A DNA stretch of 32,000 bases from Promethearchaeum syntrophicum (GCF_008000775.2 NZ_CP042905.2:660001-692000); one strand, 5' to 3'. Shown: positions 7,988 through 16,669, counted from the stretch's first letter. Notes: generated from the letters alone by a model not told the origin. Numbers and translations: made by a program.

Positions 7988-9142
7988 ATGAAATTAAATC
8001 CTCAGAAAAACCCCCAAAAAATAGCTTTATTCGGTTTAAATTATGCAGGTAAGACATCAATCCTCAAAACAATTCTGTATGAATTTGAAGCATTTGCCCA
8101 TATTCTCCCTACAACCGGAGTAGATCGCACTGAATTGGATTTTTTTGGAAAATCTCTTCTAATTTGGGATTTTGGTGGTCAATCTGTTTATCGAGATGAT
8201 TATTTAAAGCAACCTATTAGGTATTTTCAACGTATAAAATATTTTTATTATGTTGTTGATGTGCAAGATATTGATAGGATCAAAGAGAGTGCTGAATATT
8301 TTCTCAAACTTATCAAATTAACAACAGAATACAGCGATGATTTTAAAATTTTCATCTTTTTTCATAAGATTGATCCAAATTATAGGGGAAAAACAAAATT
8401 TGAAGAATCGGAGAATCGATTCCTTGTTGAAATTCTTCCAACGATTAATGAATTAAAATTCACTCCTACTTATTTTTATACTTCTATATATAACCCTATT
8501 AGTGTTATTTCAGCTTTTTCACAACCACTATTAGGAAATGAGACAATTTATCAAACCTTAAGCGATGCCCTTGATAGTTTTTGCTTTAATATTGATCTTG
8601 AATTTGGGTTACTTTTTGTTCAAAACTTTATTATTGGTAGTCATTTCTCCGAGCCAGAAATAATCTCAAAAATTAGTAAAAAAATGACAATGTATTTGGA
8701 AGATTTAGATGAATTTGAAGATTGTCCACCCTTTACCGTCGATCCATATAAAATTTTTACAAAAAATTTCGTAATCTCAGTAGGAGACAATAATTTCTAT
8801 TTCCATTTTTCTGTAGGGATTAATATTCTAAACATTCCCGATGATATGGATGAAATTTTTGATGCTATGGATGAATACACATATAATTTGCGGAAAATAT
8901 TAGAAAATTCGGAATTAATTCGAACAGGTGAACTCAGAAATGAAGAAATTTTGAGTGGAATTAATGAATTGGAGACTAGATATATAATAACTGAAGAAGA
9001 AGAGCTCGAAGGTTTGGAACAAGAAGATAAAATCAAGAATATCCAAAGAAATTTGGAATTAGAGATAATGGAAAACAAGGTAATGGAAGAGGATGACCAA
9101 GAGAATATTGAAGAAGTTGAAGAAAATGATTTCAAAGATTGA
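7988..9142 (+). CDS. Rag/Gtr-like small GTPase with a roadblock-like C-terminal domain and an acidic tail
   Basis: G1 GLNYAGKTS; switch I PTTGVD; G3 WDFGGQ; G4 is HKID (HKxD as in Rag/Gtr, not NKxD); G5 region YTSIYNPISVISAFSQ resembles Rag TSIWD..AWS. The following segment (LLFVQNFIIGSHF) resembles the start of the Rag C-terminal roadblock domain. 384 aa fits a GTPase plus CTD architecture. Confidence 0.7.
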   Translation: MKLNPQKNPQKIALFGLNYAGKTSILKTILYEFEAFAHILPTTGVDRTELDFFGKSLLIWDFGGQSVYRDDYLKQPIRYFQRIKYFYYVVDVQDIDRIKESAEYFLKLIKLTTEYSDDFKIFIFFHKIDPNYRGKTKFEESENRFLVEILPTINELKFTPTYFYTSIYNPISVISAFSQPLLGNETIYQTLSDALDSFCFNIDLEFGLLFVQNFIIGSHFSEPEIISKISKKMTMYLEDLDEFEDCPPFTVDPYKIFTKNFVISVGDNNFYFHFSVGINILNIPDDMDEIFDAMDEYTYNLRKILENSELIRTGELRNEEILSGINELETRYIITEEEELEGLEQEDKIKNIQRNLELEIMENKVMEEDDQENIEEVEENDFKD

Positions 9143-9199
9143 TGAAAATCATTTGAAGAATGAAAAAAATTAATAACTCTTTGAGTGAAATATTTTATT

Positions 9200-10621
9200 A
9201 TGATATATGTTGCTTTTGATGAAGCTCACAAAGAACGTGGAAACTTATCTACAAATTTTAAATCACTTAGCAGTATGTTAAATGAAAATGAGTTTACTTG
9301 TTATCCTTATGCGGAATTCCCCATTGCAAAAAATAATTTAGCCCCATTCGATATTTTAGTTCTTGGATGCCCCGATAATGCGAAGTTCAGTAAGCTAGAA
9401 ATCGATACGATTAAAAATTGGGTTTTGACTGAGGGAGGCGGATTACTTATGTTAAGCCACGCAGGTGGAGATAAAGGGCGACGTTCAAATTTAAGTGAAC
9501 TTTCAGAGCAATTTGGCATAATATTTGAAAATGATCAAGTTCTTGATAATGTTAATAACATGGGTGTAGAAAATCTTCCCCTTATTACTAATTTTGGGTT
9601 TCCACATCCAATTACTGAAGAGATTTCTTCAATATGTTATCGTGCAGGATGCAGTTTAACCATTTCTAATATGTCTGTAACTCCTGTAGTATCATCAAGC
9701 GCAGATTCTGAACCCGTAGAGAGTCCATTAATATTATCAACAGAAATGGGCGAAGGTCGCATTGTAGCTATAGGGTCCTATGAAATGTTTCGAGATAAAA
9801 TATCTGGAGGATTTAATGAAGGATCTCATGCTCAATTGATATTAAATATCTTTAATTGGCTTAAAACCTCAAAAAGAGAAAAAATTCGATCTGAAGGAGG
9901 GGCAGCAACGACTCAAAATGGTTATCAAGAAGGGGTAACCACTGAAGAGACAAAATTACCTCTCGAAAATATTGACCAAAATCAAGTTTCGCAATATGCA
10001 AATATTCCTTTGAAGAGTTATCAATCCGATGTAAAAATTGTTTCAAATGTAGAATTAGTAAAAGCATTTGAAGGTATAGTAACTGATTTTTATTCATTTA
10101 AGGATAGAATGCTGAAAGAATTTGAAAATCTTCAAACCAATCTTTCTAATCTTGTGGGAGCAGTCATTGCATCAGAAGAAGATTTTGCTAATGTATCTCA
10201 TCCAACCCCCCCTGAAGATTCCTTGAATTTAACTCCTCCTCCAAGTACAAGTACCAACAATAACAAACATGATGAAAATGATGAAGAAGTAAAAATCTCA
10301 ACTCCTACTGATTATTCTTCAATAAATGAAAAATCTATTGAACTTGGAATAGAAAAAGAAAAATTTCAAGCAGAAAAACAATCCAAAATAGAGGCAAATC
10401 TTAAATTAAAAAAAACAAAAGAAGAGGTTGATGCAGAGATAGAGAGTCTTAGGAACAAATTGAATTCAATTAAAAATTTAACATCTTTTGTCGAAAAGAA
10501 ATTTTCATCAGGAAAATTATCGAAGAAAAACTATGACAAACAAACGAAAAAACTTTCAACTGATCTTAAAGAAACTCAAAATAAAATTGATGAATTAACC
10601 CAAGAATTAAAAGATATGTAA
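9200..10621 (+). CDS. GIFT-like (IFT52/GldG/DUF4350-type, GATase1-like fold) domain protein with a Pro/Ser/Thr-rich linker and a C-terminal coiled coil
   Basis: - ORF is open from GTG 9185; the first ATG is at 9200.
- aa about 7-228: FDEAH..., FDILVLGCPDNAKFSKLEIDTIKNWVLTEGGGLLMLSHAGGD, LSEQFGIIFENDQVL, GRIVAIGSYEMFRD, IFNWLKT. This pattern fits the GIFT/ABC_transp_aux/DUF4350 family.
- aa about 335-360: Pro-rich (PTPPEDSLNLTPPPSTS).
- aa about 385-478: heptad-rich K/E coiled coil. Confidence 0.5.
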   Translation: MIYVAFDEAHKERGNLSTNFKSLSSMLNENEFTCYPYAEFPIAKNNLAPFDILVLGCPDNAKFSKLEIDTIKNWVLTEGGGLLMLSHAGGDKGRRSNLSELSEQFGIIFENDQVLDNVNNMGVENLPLITNFGFPHPITEEISSICYRAGCSLTISNMSVTPVVSSSADSEPVESPLILSTEMGEGRIVAIGSYEMFRDKISGGFNEGSHAQLILNIFNWLKTSKREKIRSEGGAATTQNGYQEGVTTEETKLPLENIDQNQVSQYANIPLKSYQSDVKIVSNVELVKAFEGIVTDFYSFKDRMLKEFENLQTNLSNLVGAVIASEEDFANVSHPTPPEDSLNLTPPPSTSTNNNKHDENDEEVKISTPTDYSSINEKSIELGIEKEKFQAEKQSKIEANLKLKKTKEEVDAEIESLRNKLNSIKNLTSFVEKKFSSGKLSKKNYDKQTKKLSTDLKETQNKIDELTQELKDM

Positions 10622-10643
10622 ATTCGAATATCTTTTATTATCT

Positions 10644-10865
10644 TCACGTTTCTTTTTTATAACTAATTTTACTACACACAACTCCGCGTTCATGCCAATT
10701 TTCATCAATATAAATGATAGCAAAATGATCTGAATGATGGTAAACTAGCGGATAAGGCCATTTATCAGCTCTTTCTTTAAATTCCTTTTCTAAACTTTCT
10801 GTAACTTGAATAGCTAATGTTTCTTTACAGTATTCGCAATAAAATCTAATAGTTTTTCCTGTCAT
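10644..10865 (-). CDS. Small hypothetical protein (73 aa) with an N-terminal CxxC
   Basis: Intact ORF 30 nt downstream of, and co-oriented with, the dehydrogenase gene. FYCEYC motif. No family recognised. Confidence 0.35.
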   Translation of the reverse strand: MTGKTIRFYCEYCKETLAIQVTESLEKEFKERADKWPYPLVYHHSDHFAIIYIDENWHERGVVCSKISYKKET

Positions 10866-10895
10866 AGTTCATCTTTCCAATATTTTTATCATATA

Positions 10896-11981
10896 TTACT
10901 TTCTTAATAAATTTTTGAGATTTTTGCTTACAAAATCTCCCATTCCATTTGTAGTTAATGTTTTTAATTTTCCTTGATTTAAATCATTTTTAGGAAGGAT
11001 ATCTATGGTTCTCCCTTGTTCTAAAGATAATTCTACTGCATTTTCAATTAAATCTCCATAAAATTTTTCTCCGAATGATTCCTCTATCATTAATTTAACA
11101 GAAAGAATCGTTCCAATAGGATTAGCTATATCTTTTCCTGCAATATCTGGTGCAGAACCATGAATGGGTTCATACATTGAAACTTTTCCAGGATTTATAT
11201 TACCGCTTGCAGCCATTCCAAGAGACCCAATTAAATAAGCAGCTTCATCACTAATGATATCTCCGAACATATTTTCGGTAACAACGGTTTGAACTGAATA
11301 TGGTCTTCTTATTAACCATTGGCAAAATGCATCAATATAGAAATTTGTTTGTTTTATATCTTGATATTTTTTTCCAATCTCCAAATAAATTTCACGCCAA
11401 AATTGGCTGCATTCTAATAAATTCGCTTTATCAACACTAATTATCTCTGAATTACCTTTTTTCTTAGCATATTCAAATGCATATTTAATTATTCGCTCAA
11501 CCGAGTTCCGTGTATAAATCATTTTATTGATTACCTTGTTATCACTCACTTCAGTCCCAATTTTTGCGTACAAACCTTCTGTATTTTCCCGAATTATTGT
11601 CATATCAATTCCGTTTTGGATATATTCCTCTTTTAGTGGGCATTTATCTCGTAAAGATTCATAGAGTTTTATTGGTCGCAGATTAACATACAAATCTAGT
11701 CCTTGTCTAAGTTTTGAAATAGCAGATTCTGCAGCACCTAACGGTAAATTTGGCAATCCTATTGCACCAAATAAAATTGCATCGCATTTTTTCATCTGAT
11801 CAAATGATTTTTGTGGAAGATTTGTTCCAGTATCGATTAAGACTTGTCCTCCTAATGGGGTTTCTACAAATTCAAATTGATAATCAGAATATTTTTGAAG
11901 GGTTTTCATAATTTTTATCCCTTCCGCAACTACTTCAGGACCGATTCCATCCCCACGAGCGAGTGCAATTTTTTTTTTCAT
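10896..11981 (-). CDS. 3-isopropylmalate / homoisocitrate / isocitrate dehydrogenase-family enzyme (beta-decarboxylating dehydrogenase)
   Basis: KIALARGDGIGPEVV, IIRENTEGLY, NMFGDIISDEAAYLIGSLGMAASGNI and YEPIHGSAPDIAGKDIANPIGTILS are family signatures. Substrate specificity cannot be called from motifs alone, and no leuCD neighbours are present. Confidence 0.85.
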   Translation of the reverse strand: MKKKIALARGDGIGPEVVAEGIKIMKTLQKYSDYQFEFVETPLGGQVLIDTGTNLPQKSFDQMKKCDAILFGAIGLPNLPLGAAESAISKLRQGLDLYVNLRPIKLYESLRDKCPLKEEYIQNGIDMTIIRENTEGLYAKIGTEVSDNKVINKMIYTRNSVERIIKYAFEYAKKKGNSEIISVDKANLLECSQFWREIYLEIGKKYQDIKQTNFYIDAFCQWLIRRPYSVQTVVTENMFGDIISDEAAYLIGSLGMAASGNINPGKVSMYEPIHGSAPDIAGKDIANPIGTILSVKLMIEESFGEKFYGDLIENAVELSLEQGRTIDILPKNDLNQGKLKTLTTNGMGDFVSKNLKNLLRK

Positions 11982-12295
11982 GAATTTAACCTTTAATTTT
12001 AAAACAAATCATAATTATTTATTAATTCCTTCATGGTTTTATCAAAAATCCAGAAAAAGAGAAAACTAGTTGATTGCTTAAATTTGATGTAGATTTAAGG
12101 AAATTAGTAATATTTTAATTAATAATTAGTATTTTGGATTAGAATATGAAATATTATGTTTAATGCACTATTCTTTTTATACTTTCTAATAGGGTAGAAC
12201 GCAAGATATTAAAAACGCGAATTTGATCATAAACTTATTACTACATTTTTTTTTCGGTTATACAAACAAAAATTAATGAAAGTAAGTGAAATATT
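11982..12295. promoter_or_regulatory. Divergent promoter region (314-nt AT-rich spacer between two divergent gene starts)
   Basis: Gene starts at 11981 (-) and 12296 (+) face away from each other, so at least two promoters must lie here. I could not confidently single out TATA/BRE elements against the AT-rich background. Confidence 0.35.
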
Positions 12296-14473
12296 ATGAA
12301 AAATTTAAAAAAAAAATCAATTGCAATTCTCGCTTTATTCATGATATCCACATTTGCAGGCTCAATGGTTTCCAATGCGACGGCTGAAAAGAGTTATGTT
12401 TTACCCGATGACCCAGACGTCTTAAATGCTGGTCTTGCACAAATGTTTGGGATGTTCCGTGAATTTGGAGCATCAGGAGAATTGTTAGGCGAGGTTTTGA
12501 TGATGATGTTTGAAAATTTCGAAACTATGAACGCCACACAAGAAATTGATGGGGTATACGTTTTAAATGCCTCCGTCATAAAAGCACAAGAATCGGGAAA
12601 CTTCACATATGGTGAAGCACAAACCGAAGAATATACTCCTTGGGGAGTCTATAGTCTAGAAAACGCTACTCTTACAGAAGATCAAGATGAATATCCATAT
12701 TTCCTTTTAAATGAAACTGGAACTATTGAATATAATAAAACTGAAGGTGTTTCTATTACATTTATCATTTGGGATGATGATGGCACTTTTATCGATGCAC
12801 TTGATAAATTAATAAGCACTTTCAAAGAATTTAAAATGATTTCAGAAGATGATGTGCCCGATGAAGTTGCAGAAGAAGCTGCCTTAAGAGCAGTTATTTC
12901 AGCTTTAACATACTTCTTTATCCATGTTAACGATATTATCACGGGAGATGAAGTCATAGTTCTCAACACAATCGCTTTTACTAATTATGTTGCAGATTTT
13001 GATGGAAGCATCGATGCAAATTGGTATGTTACTGAAGAAGGAGTTAGAACACATTCTCGTTTACTTATTGATGCATTACCTACCTACGATGAAGATTACA
13101 CTCAAATTGCAGATTATTATCGTGATGAATTCATGCAATATCTCCTTGATGAGAATAATTTTGCTGACGGTCAAAAAACTCAAAATTACACATCATTTAG
13201 TTTCGATGTTATTGAAATTTGGTTAAAAGAGTTTCAAATATCAATTGATTCACAAGCGATTTTAGGCGCATTAGCTGGAGAAGAAGGAGCGGAATTTTTC
13301 GATGATAAGACCGCCACAGATATTTTCCAAGAATTAAAACTTGAATTTTATGTGTTTACTCATCATTTCCAGAATTGGTATTTATTTGATGATAATAAAT
13401 TTGATAAAGATTACTCTAATGCCACTACTGAGATTCAAGATCAAGCAGAAGCGGCAGTTGGAAACGGTGTTCCTGATGTTCTTTTTGAAGAAATAGGTAC
13501 TTTTGAAGGTGAACCAGTACATGCGATTACAGACGCTGAAGTTGTTGATTATATTCTGTTCAGAGGCGCAGATTCTTGGGAATTCAAAGAACCCGTTTAT
13601 GATGCTGAAAATAACAAAATGGAATGGGGTATTCGTGCAGAGAATTTAGGATTTAGGGTAATTCCTATGGGATTAAACGATGATGAAATCTCATTAACTG
13701 ATGCTCCTGTTGAATATATGGAATTCATGGAATTGGGATTTTCATTTGAACCTGAAAATAAAAAAGTAGTTGAAACCGATGATTATATAAACGCACAAGG
13801 TCAAGAGACAATGGGATCTGCCAAAGTCAAACTTATTCAAAGCTTTGGACAATGGGACTTAGATACAGATGGTAAACCATTTACTCCACATTTAAAGAAT
13901 ACAAGTTTAGATTTAACTACAGTATATATGAGCACAATTTTCCACTTTAAACTTGCAATTGAAAATAAACAGATTGTTGATGAAGGTGAAACTCCCTCAG
14001 CTGGATTACTTAATGAAACAAATTATGACAGAGACACTCATCACATTAGAGTTGGAGATATCAACCAAGAATTGCCTTTAGCAGATATCGACATTGCAGG
14101 ACCAGAATATAACCAATCAGGCGCTAACACAGGAGATTATCCAGCAGAGACAACTATCATTCCAACGGTTTATGCAGAATTTGAAGGTCAAAGTAGTGAG
14201 ACTTATGAACAAGAAGATACTTCTATAGGTCAAATTAACGCAACCATAAATATTGAGTTTTCAACGTTAATCTATGCTGTTTCCTATCCTACATTTGGAA
14301 TGGGAAATGAAAATTATACAACTGGAGACGAAATAATTCATGACCCAACATTCAGTGTGTTCATAACCACAATAAATCCAGGTGTTATTGCAATTATTTT
14401 GGTTATTGGTGCAGTCGGATTAGCAGGAATTGCTGCTGTTTTGATCACCAAAAAGAAAAATGCTCAATTTTAG
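12296..14473 (+). CDS. Secreted, highly acidic, sequon-rich surface protein with a C-terminal membrane anchor
   Basis: N-terminal signal-peptide-like MKNLKKKSIAILALFMISTFAGSMVSNA. C-terminal PGVIAIILVIGAVGLAGIAAVLITKKK (TM helix plus basic tail). By eye, 14 N-X-S/T sequons. Strong D/E bias. Confidence 0.65.
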   Translation: MKNLKKKSIAILALFMISTFAGSMVSNATAEKSYVLPDDPDVLNAGLAQMFGMFREFGASGELLGEVLMMMFENFETMNATQEIDGVYVLNASVIKAQESGNFTYGEAQTEEYTPWGVYSLENATLTEDQDEYPYFLLNETGTIEYNKTEGVSITFIIWDDDGTFIDALDKLISTFKEFKMISEDDVPDEVAEEAALRAVISALTYFFIHVNDIITGDEVIVLNTIAFTNYVADFDGSIDANWYVTEEGVRTHSRLLIDALPTYDEDYTQIADYYRDEFMQYLLDENNFADGQKTQNYTSFSFDVIEIWLKEFQISIDSQAILGALAGEEGAEFFDDKTATDIFQELKLEFYVFTHHFQNWYLFDDNKFDKDYSNATTEIQDQAEAAVGNGVPDVLFEEIGTFEGEPVHAITDAEVVDYILFRGADSWEFKEPVYDAENNKMEWGIRAENLGFRVIPMGLNDDEISLTDAPVEYMEFMELGFSFEPENKKVVETDDYINAQGQETMGSAKVKLIQSFGQWDLDTDGKPFTPHLKNTSLDLTTVYMSTIFHFKLAIENKQIVDEGETPSAGLLNETNYDRDTHHIRVGDINQELPLADIDIAGPEYNQSGANTGDYPAETTIIPTVYAEFEGQSSETYEQEDTSIGQINATINIEFSTLIYAVSYPTFGMGNENYTTGDEIIHDPTFSVFITTINPGVIAIILVIGAVGLAGIAAVLITKKKNAQF

Positions 14474-14490
14474 TAAGAAATAGAATTGAG

Positions 14491-14527
14491 TTTTTTTCCC
14501 ATTTTTTTTTATTTTCATTTTTTTTTT
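14491..14527 (+). terminator. Oligo-T archaeal-type terminator region
   Basis: T7, T9, T4 and T10 runs within 55 nt downstream of the stop at 14473. Confidence 0.45.
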
Positions 14528-14628
14528 ACTCCTATTTTAATTATGAATACTTTCTCTTCTTTCAAGCACAAAACAATTATAGGAATAAAAATACTAATGT
14601 ATAATTAAATAAGGTGGGATGATAAAAA

Positions 14629-15675
14629 ATGAGTTTTTGGAATGAAGTAGATGGATTAATTGAAAAGGGAAAAACATCTAAGCAAATTAAAGTAACTGCA
14701 GATGATTTAATTGAACTTCGAAATAAAATGAAAGATTTACAGTTATCATTAAGTACCATAGAAAAAAATCTTCAAGTAGAAACAGAAAAGGTCAAAATTT
14801 ATCAACGAAATTTTGCAGATGAACAAGAAAAGGTTAATATGCTTCAACGTAACATATCAGAAAAGGTCTCGATAATTACTCAAAGAGAAGGAGAAATCAC
14901 GCAAATTCAGCAACATTTAAATGAAAAAAATACTATTACTACACAACTTCAAGCAGAGTTAGACAATTTAAAGGCGGATATAGGTAAACGAGATCTTGAG
15001 ATTAAAAATGCTTTCACAACTGTAACTCAAGCAGAGGAAATGCTTGGAAAAAGAGATCAACAAATAGAGGATTTTAAATCTTTAATCAATCAAAAAAATC
15101 TTGAGATCGATGAAATGAAGAGAAATTTAAATGAAGGACAACAAAATGCGGCTTCTCTTAATGGAAAAGAACAAGAATTAGAAAGATTGAGAAAAGAAAT
15201 TCAAAGTTCCCAATCGCAAGACTCTAAAGTTCCTGGATTACAATTAAAAATTCAAACTTTGCAAGCTAAGATTCAAGAATTAGAAAGTAATTCAGTCACC
15301 AGAGCAGACTTTGATTCGATTTTCAACCAAAATAAAGAGTTAGAGGGAAGATTTAATTCACTTAACTTCAAGGTTGGGGCATTAACAAATGAAAATGAGC
15401 AATTGAAAGGGGAATTAGCGGAGAAAATGAAAAAAATAAATTCTTTGACAGAACCACATGCTGTAATGACTCCTTCTTTAGGAAAATCCAACAATCCTTC
15501 TACAATTACATCTACAACAACAGATGATGCATTTGGAACTGCTAGAATTGTTTGCCCCCATTGTGGTTCTTCTAAATTAACTGTTATTGAAGATAAAAGT
15601 AGAATAATTTCCTATATCCCTGCACCAGTATATGCTAAGAAGAATGTTTGTTCTCAATGTGGTTTTGAGTTTTAA
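14629..15675 (+). CDS. Long coiled-coil protein with a C-terminal zinc ribbon
   Basis: About 270 aa of heptad-like Q/E/K/L-rich sequence, then an S/T-rich linker, then CPHCGS...(24 aa)...CSQCG. AGGTGG lies upstream of the ATG. Confidence 0.6.
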   Translation: MSFWNEVDGLIEKGKTSKQIKVTADDLIELRNKMKDLQLSLSTIEKNLQVETEKVKIYQRNFADEQEKVNMLQRNISEKVSIITQREGEITQIQQHLNEKNTITTQLQAELDNLKADIGKRDLEIKNAFTTVTQAEEMLGKRDQQIEDFKSLINQKNLEIDEMKRNLNEGQQNAASLNGKEQELERLRKEIQSSQSQDSKVPGLQLKIQTLQAKIQELESNSVTRADFDSIFNQNKELEGRFNSLNFKVGALTNENEQLKGELAEKMKKINSLTEPHAVMTPSLGKSNNPSTITSTTTDDAFGTARIVCPHCGSSKLTVIEDKSRIISYIPAPVYAKKNVCSQCGFEF

Positions 15676-15762
15676 AATTATAAATCAAGGTTTTAAGATC
15701 TTTTTTTTTATTTTGTTAATTTTTATAGGAACACAAGAAAATAAAAAAAATAGTGTAGTAAC

Positions 15763-16668
15763 TTACTCAAATCCGAATTCTTTTAGAAGTTTATTAGGTT
15801 TTACTTGGTGATATTTTAAACCAATATCATTCATTGAAGCGCCAAAAGCTAAAGCCATTAATTCGGTTACATAAAGAACAGGGATTTTTACAATCATTTC
15901 AAAAGCTTTTTTCATTGATCGTTGACCTACTTCGAGTTGTTGATAACATGAAGGACAATTAACAGCAATAATCTGGGCACCTGAATCTATGATACTTTGA
16001 TATTTCTTTTTCATGAGATTATTTGATGCATCCTCATCATTTCTTGCAAGGGCTGATGTACAACACAGATCTGCTTCTTCATGATCAATATGAGTAGCTC
16101 CAAGTGCTTCCAAAATTTCTGCTGGAAATCTTGGATTCATCGCATCGTCTACCTGCATCATTTCAGAAGGTCTTGAGTAATGACAACCAACATGGGTTGT
16201 TATTTTTAATCCCGTTAGCGGTTTAACTACTAGTGCTTTTATCGCCTCTAAACCGATATCTTCATGGAGTAATTCAATGAAATGTTTAACTTGTGCGGTT
16301 CCGGAATAGGTTTTTCCAACAGACTCTAAACGCTTCTTTACAATTTCCAAATCTTCTTTCTTATGCTTTAACTCATAATTGACCGCTTTCAGTGTTTCAG
16401 TACATCCATTACACAAACTTACTATCGGGTGATTGGATTTTTCAGATAATGCTAGATTACGCGCTCCTAAAGTAAGCCATGTTTGATAATCTGTACTTTG
16501 GACACCTACAGGATCTGGACAGCAACCAAATGAATTATCATGAAGAGTGAATCCTAATTTTTCAAAAACAAATCTTGCACTTTTTTCAAGGAAAGGAATT
16601 CGGTTCTGGATAGTACAACCTGCAAATAAATCATAATCTTTTATATCTGTTTTAGGATCTGAAGCCAT
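15763..16668 (-). CDS. hdrB: Heterodisulfide reductase subunit B (two CCG domains)
   Basis: Two CCG-type Cys patterns: FAGC..FGCCPDP..LCNGC and HVGC..DLCCTSA..NCPSCYQQL. Starts 1 nt after the hdrC stop. Confidence 0.9.
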   Translation of the reverse strand: MASDPKTDIKDYDLFAGCTIQNRIPFLEKSARFVFEKLGFTLHDNSFGCCPDPVGVQSTDYQTWLTLGARNLALSEKSNHPIVSLCNGCTETLKAVNYELKHKKEDLEIVKKRLESVGKTYSGTAQVKHFIELLHEDIGLEAIKALVVKPLTGLKITTHVGCHYSRPSEMMQVDDAMNPRFPAEILEALGATHIDHEEADLCCTSALARNDEDASNNLMKKKYQSIIDSGAQIIAVNCPSCYQQLEVGQRSMKKAFEMIVKIPVLYVTELMALAFGASMNDIGLKYHQVKPNKLLKEFGFE

Positions 16669-16669
16669 G

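Noticed and set aside
8797-9135. 112-aa Ser-rich minus-strand ORF
   Set aside because: It is the reverse-complement reading of the Glu-rich (GAA/GAG) tail of the Rag-like GTPase gene, so it is an artefact of codon composition.
11982-12295. Long intergenic spacers (also 25599-25902, 17880-18027 and 7881-7987) scanned for tRNA, C/D-box sRNA or other structured RNA
   Set aside because: No GC-rich stems, no cloverleaf-compatible segments, and no RUGAUGA/CUGA box pairs were seen. The sequence is uniformly AT-rich, consistent with promoter or UTR DNA.
14350-14473. C-terminus of the surface protein considered as a canonical PGF-CTERM archaeosortase signal
   Set aside because: The motif is PGV rather than PGF, and I cannot confirm an archaeosortase in the genome. 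It is kept only as a low-confidence hypothesis in the findings.
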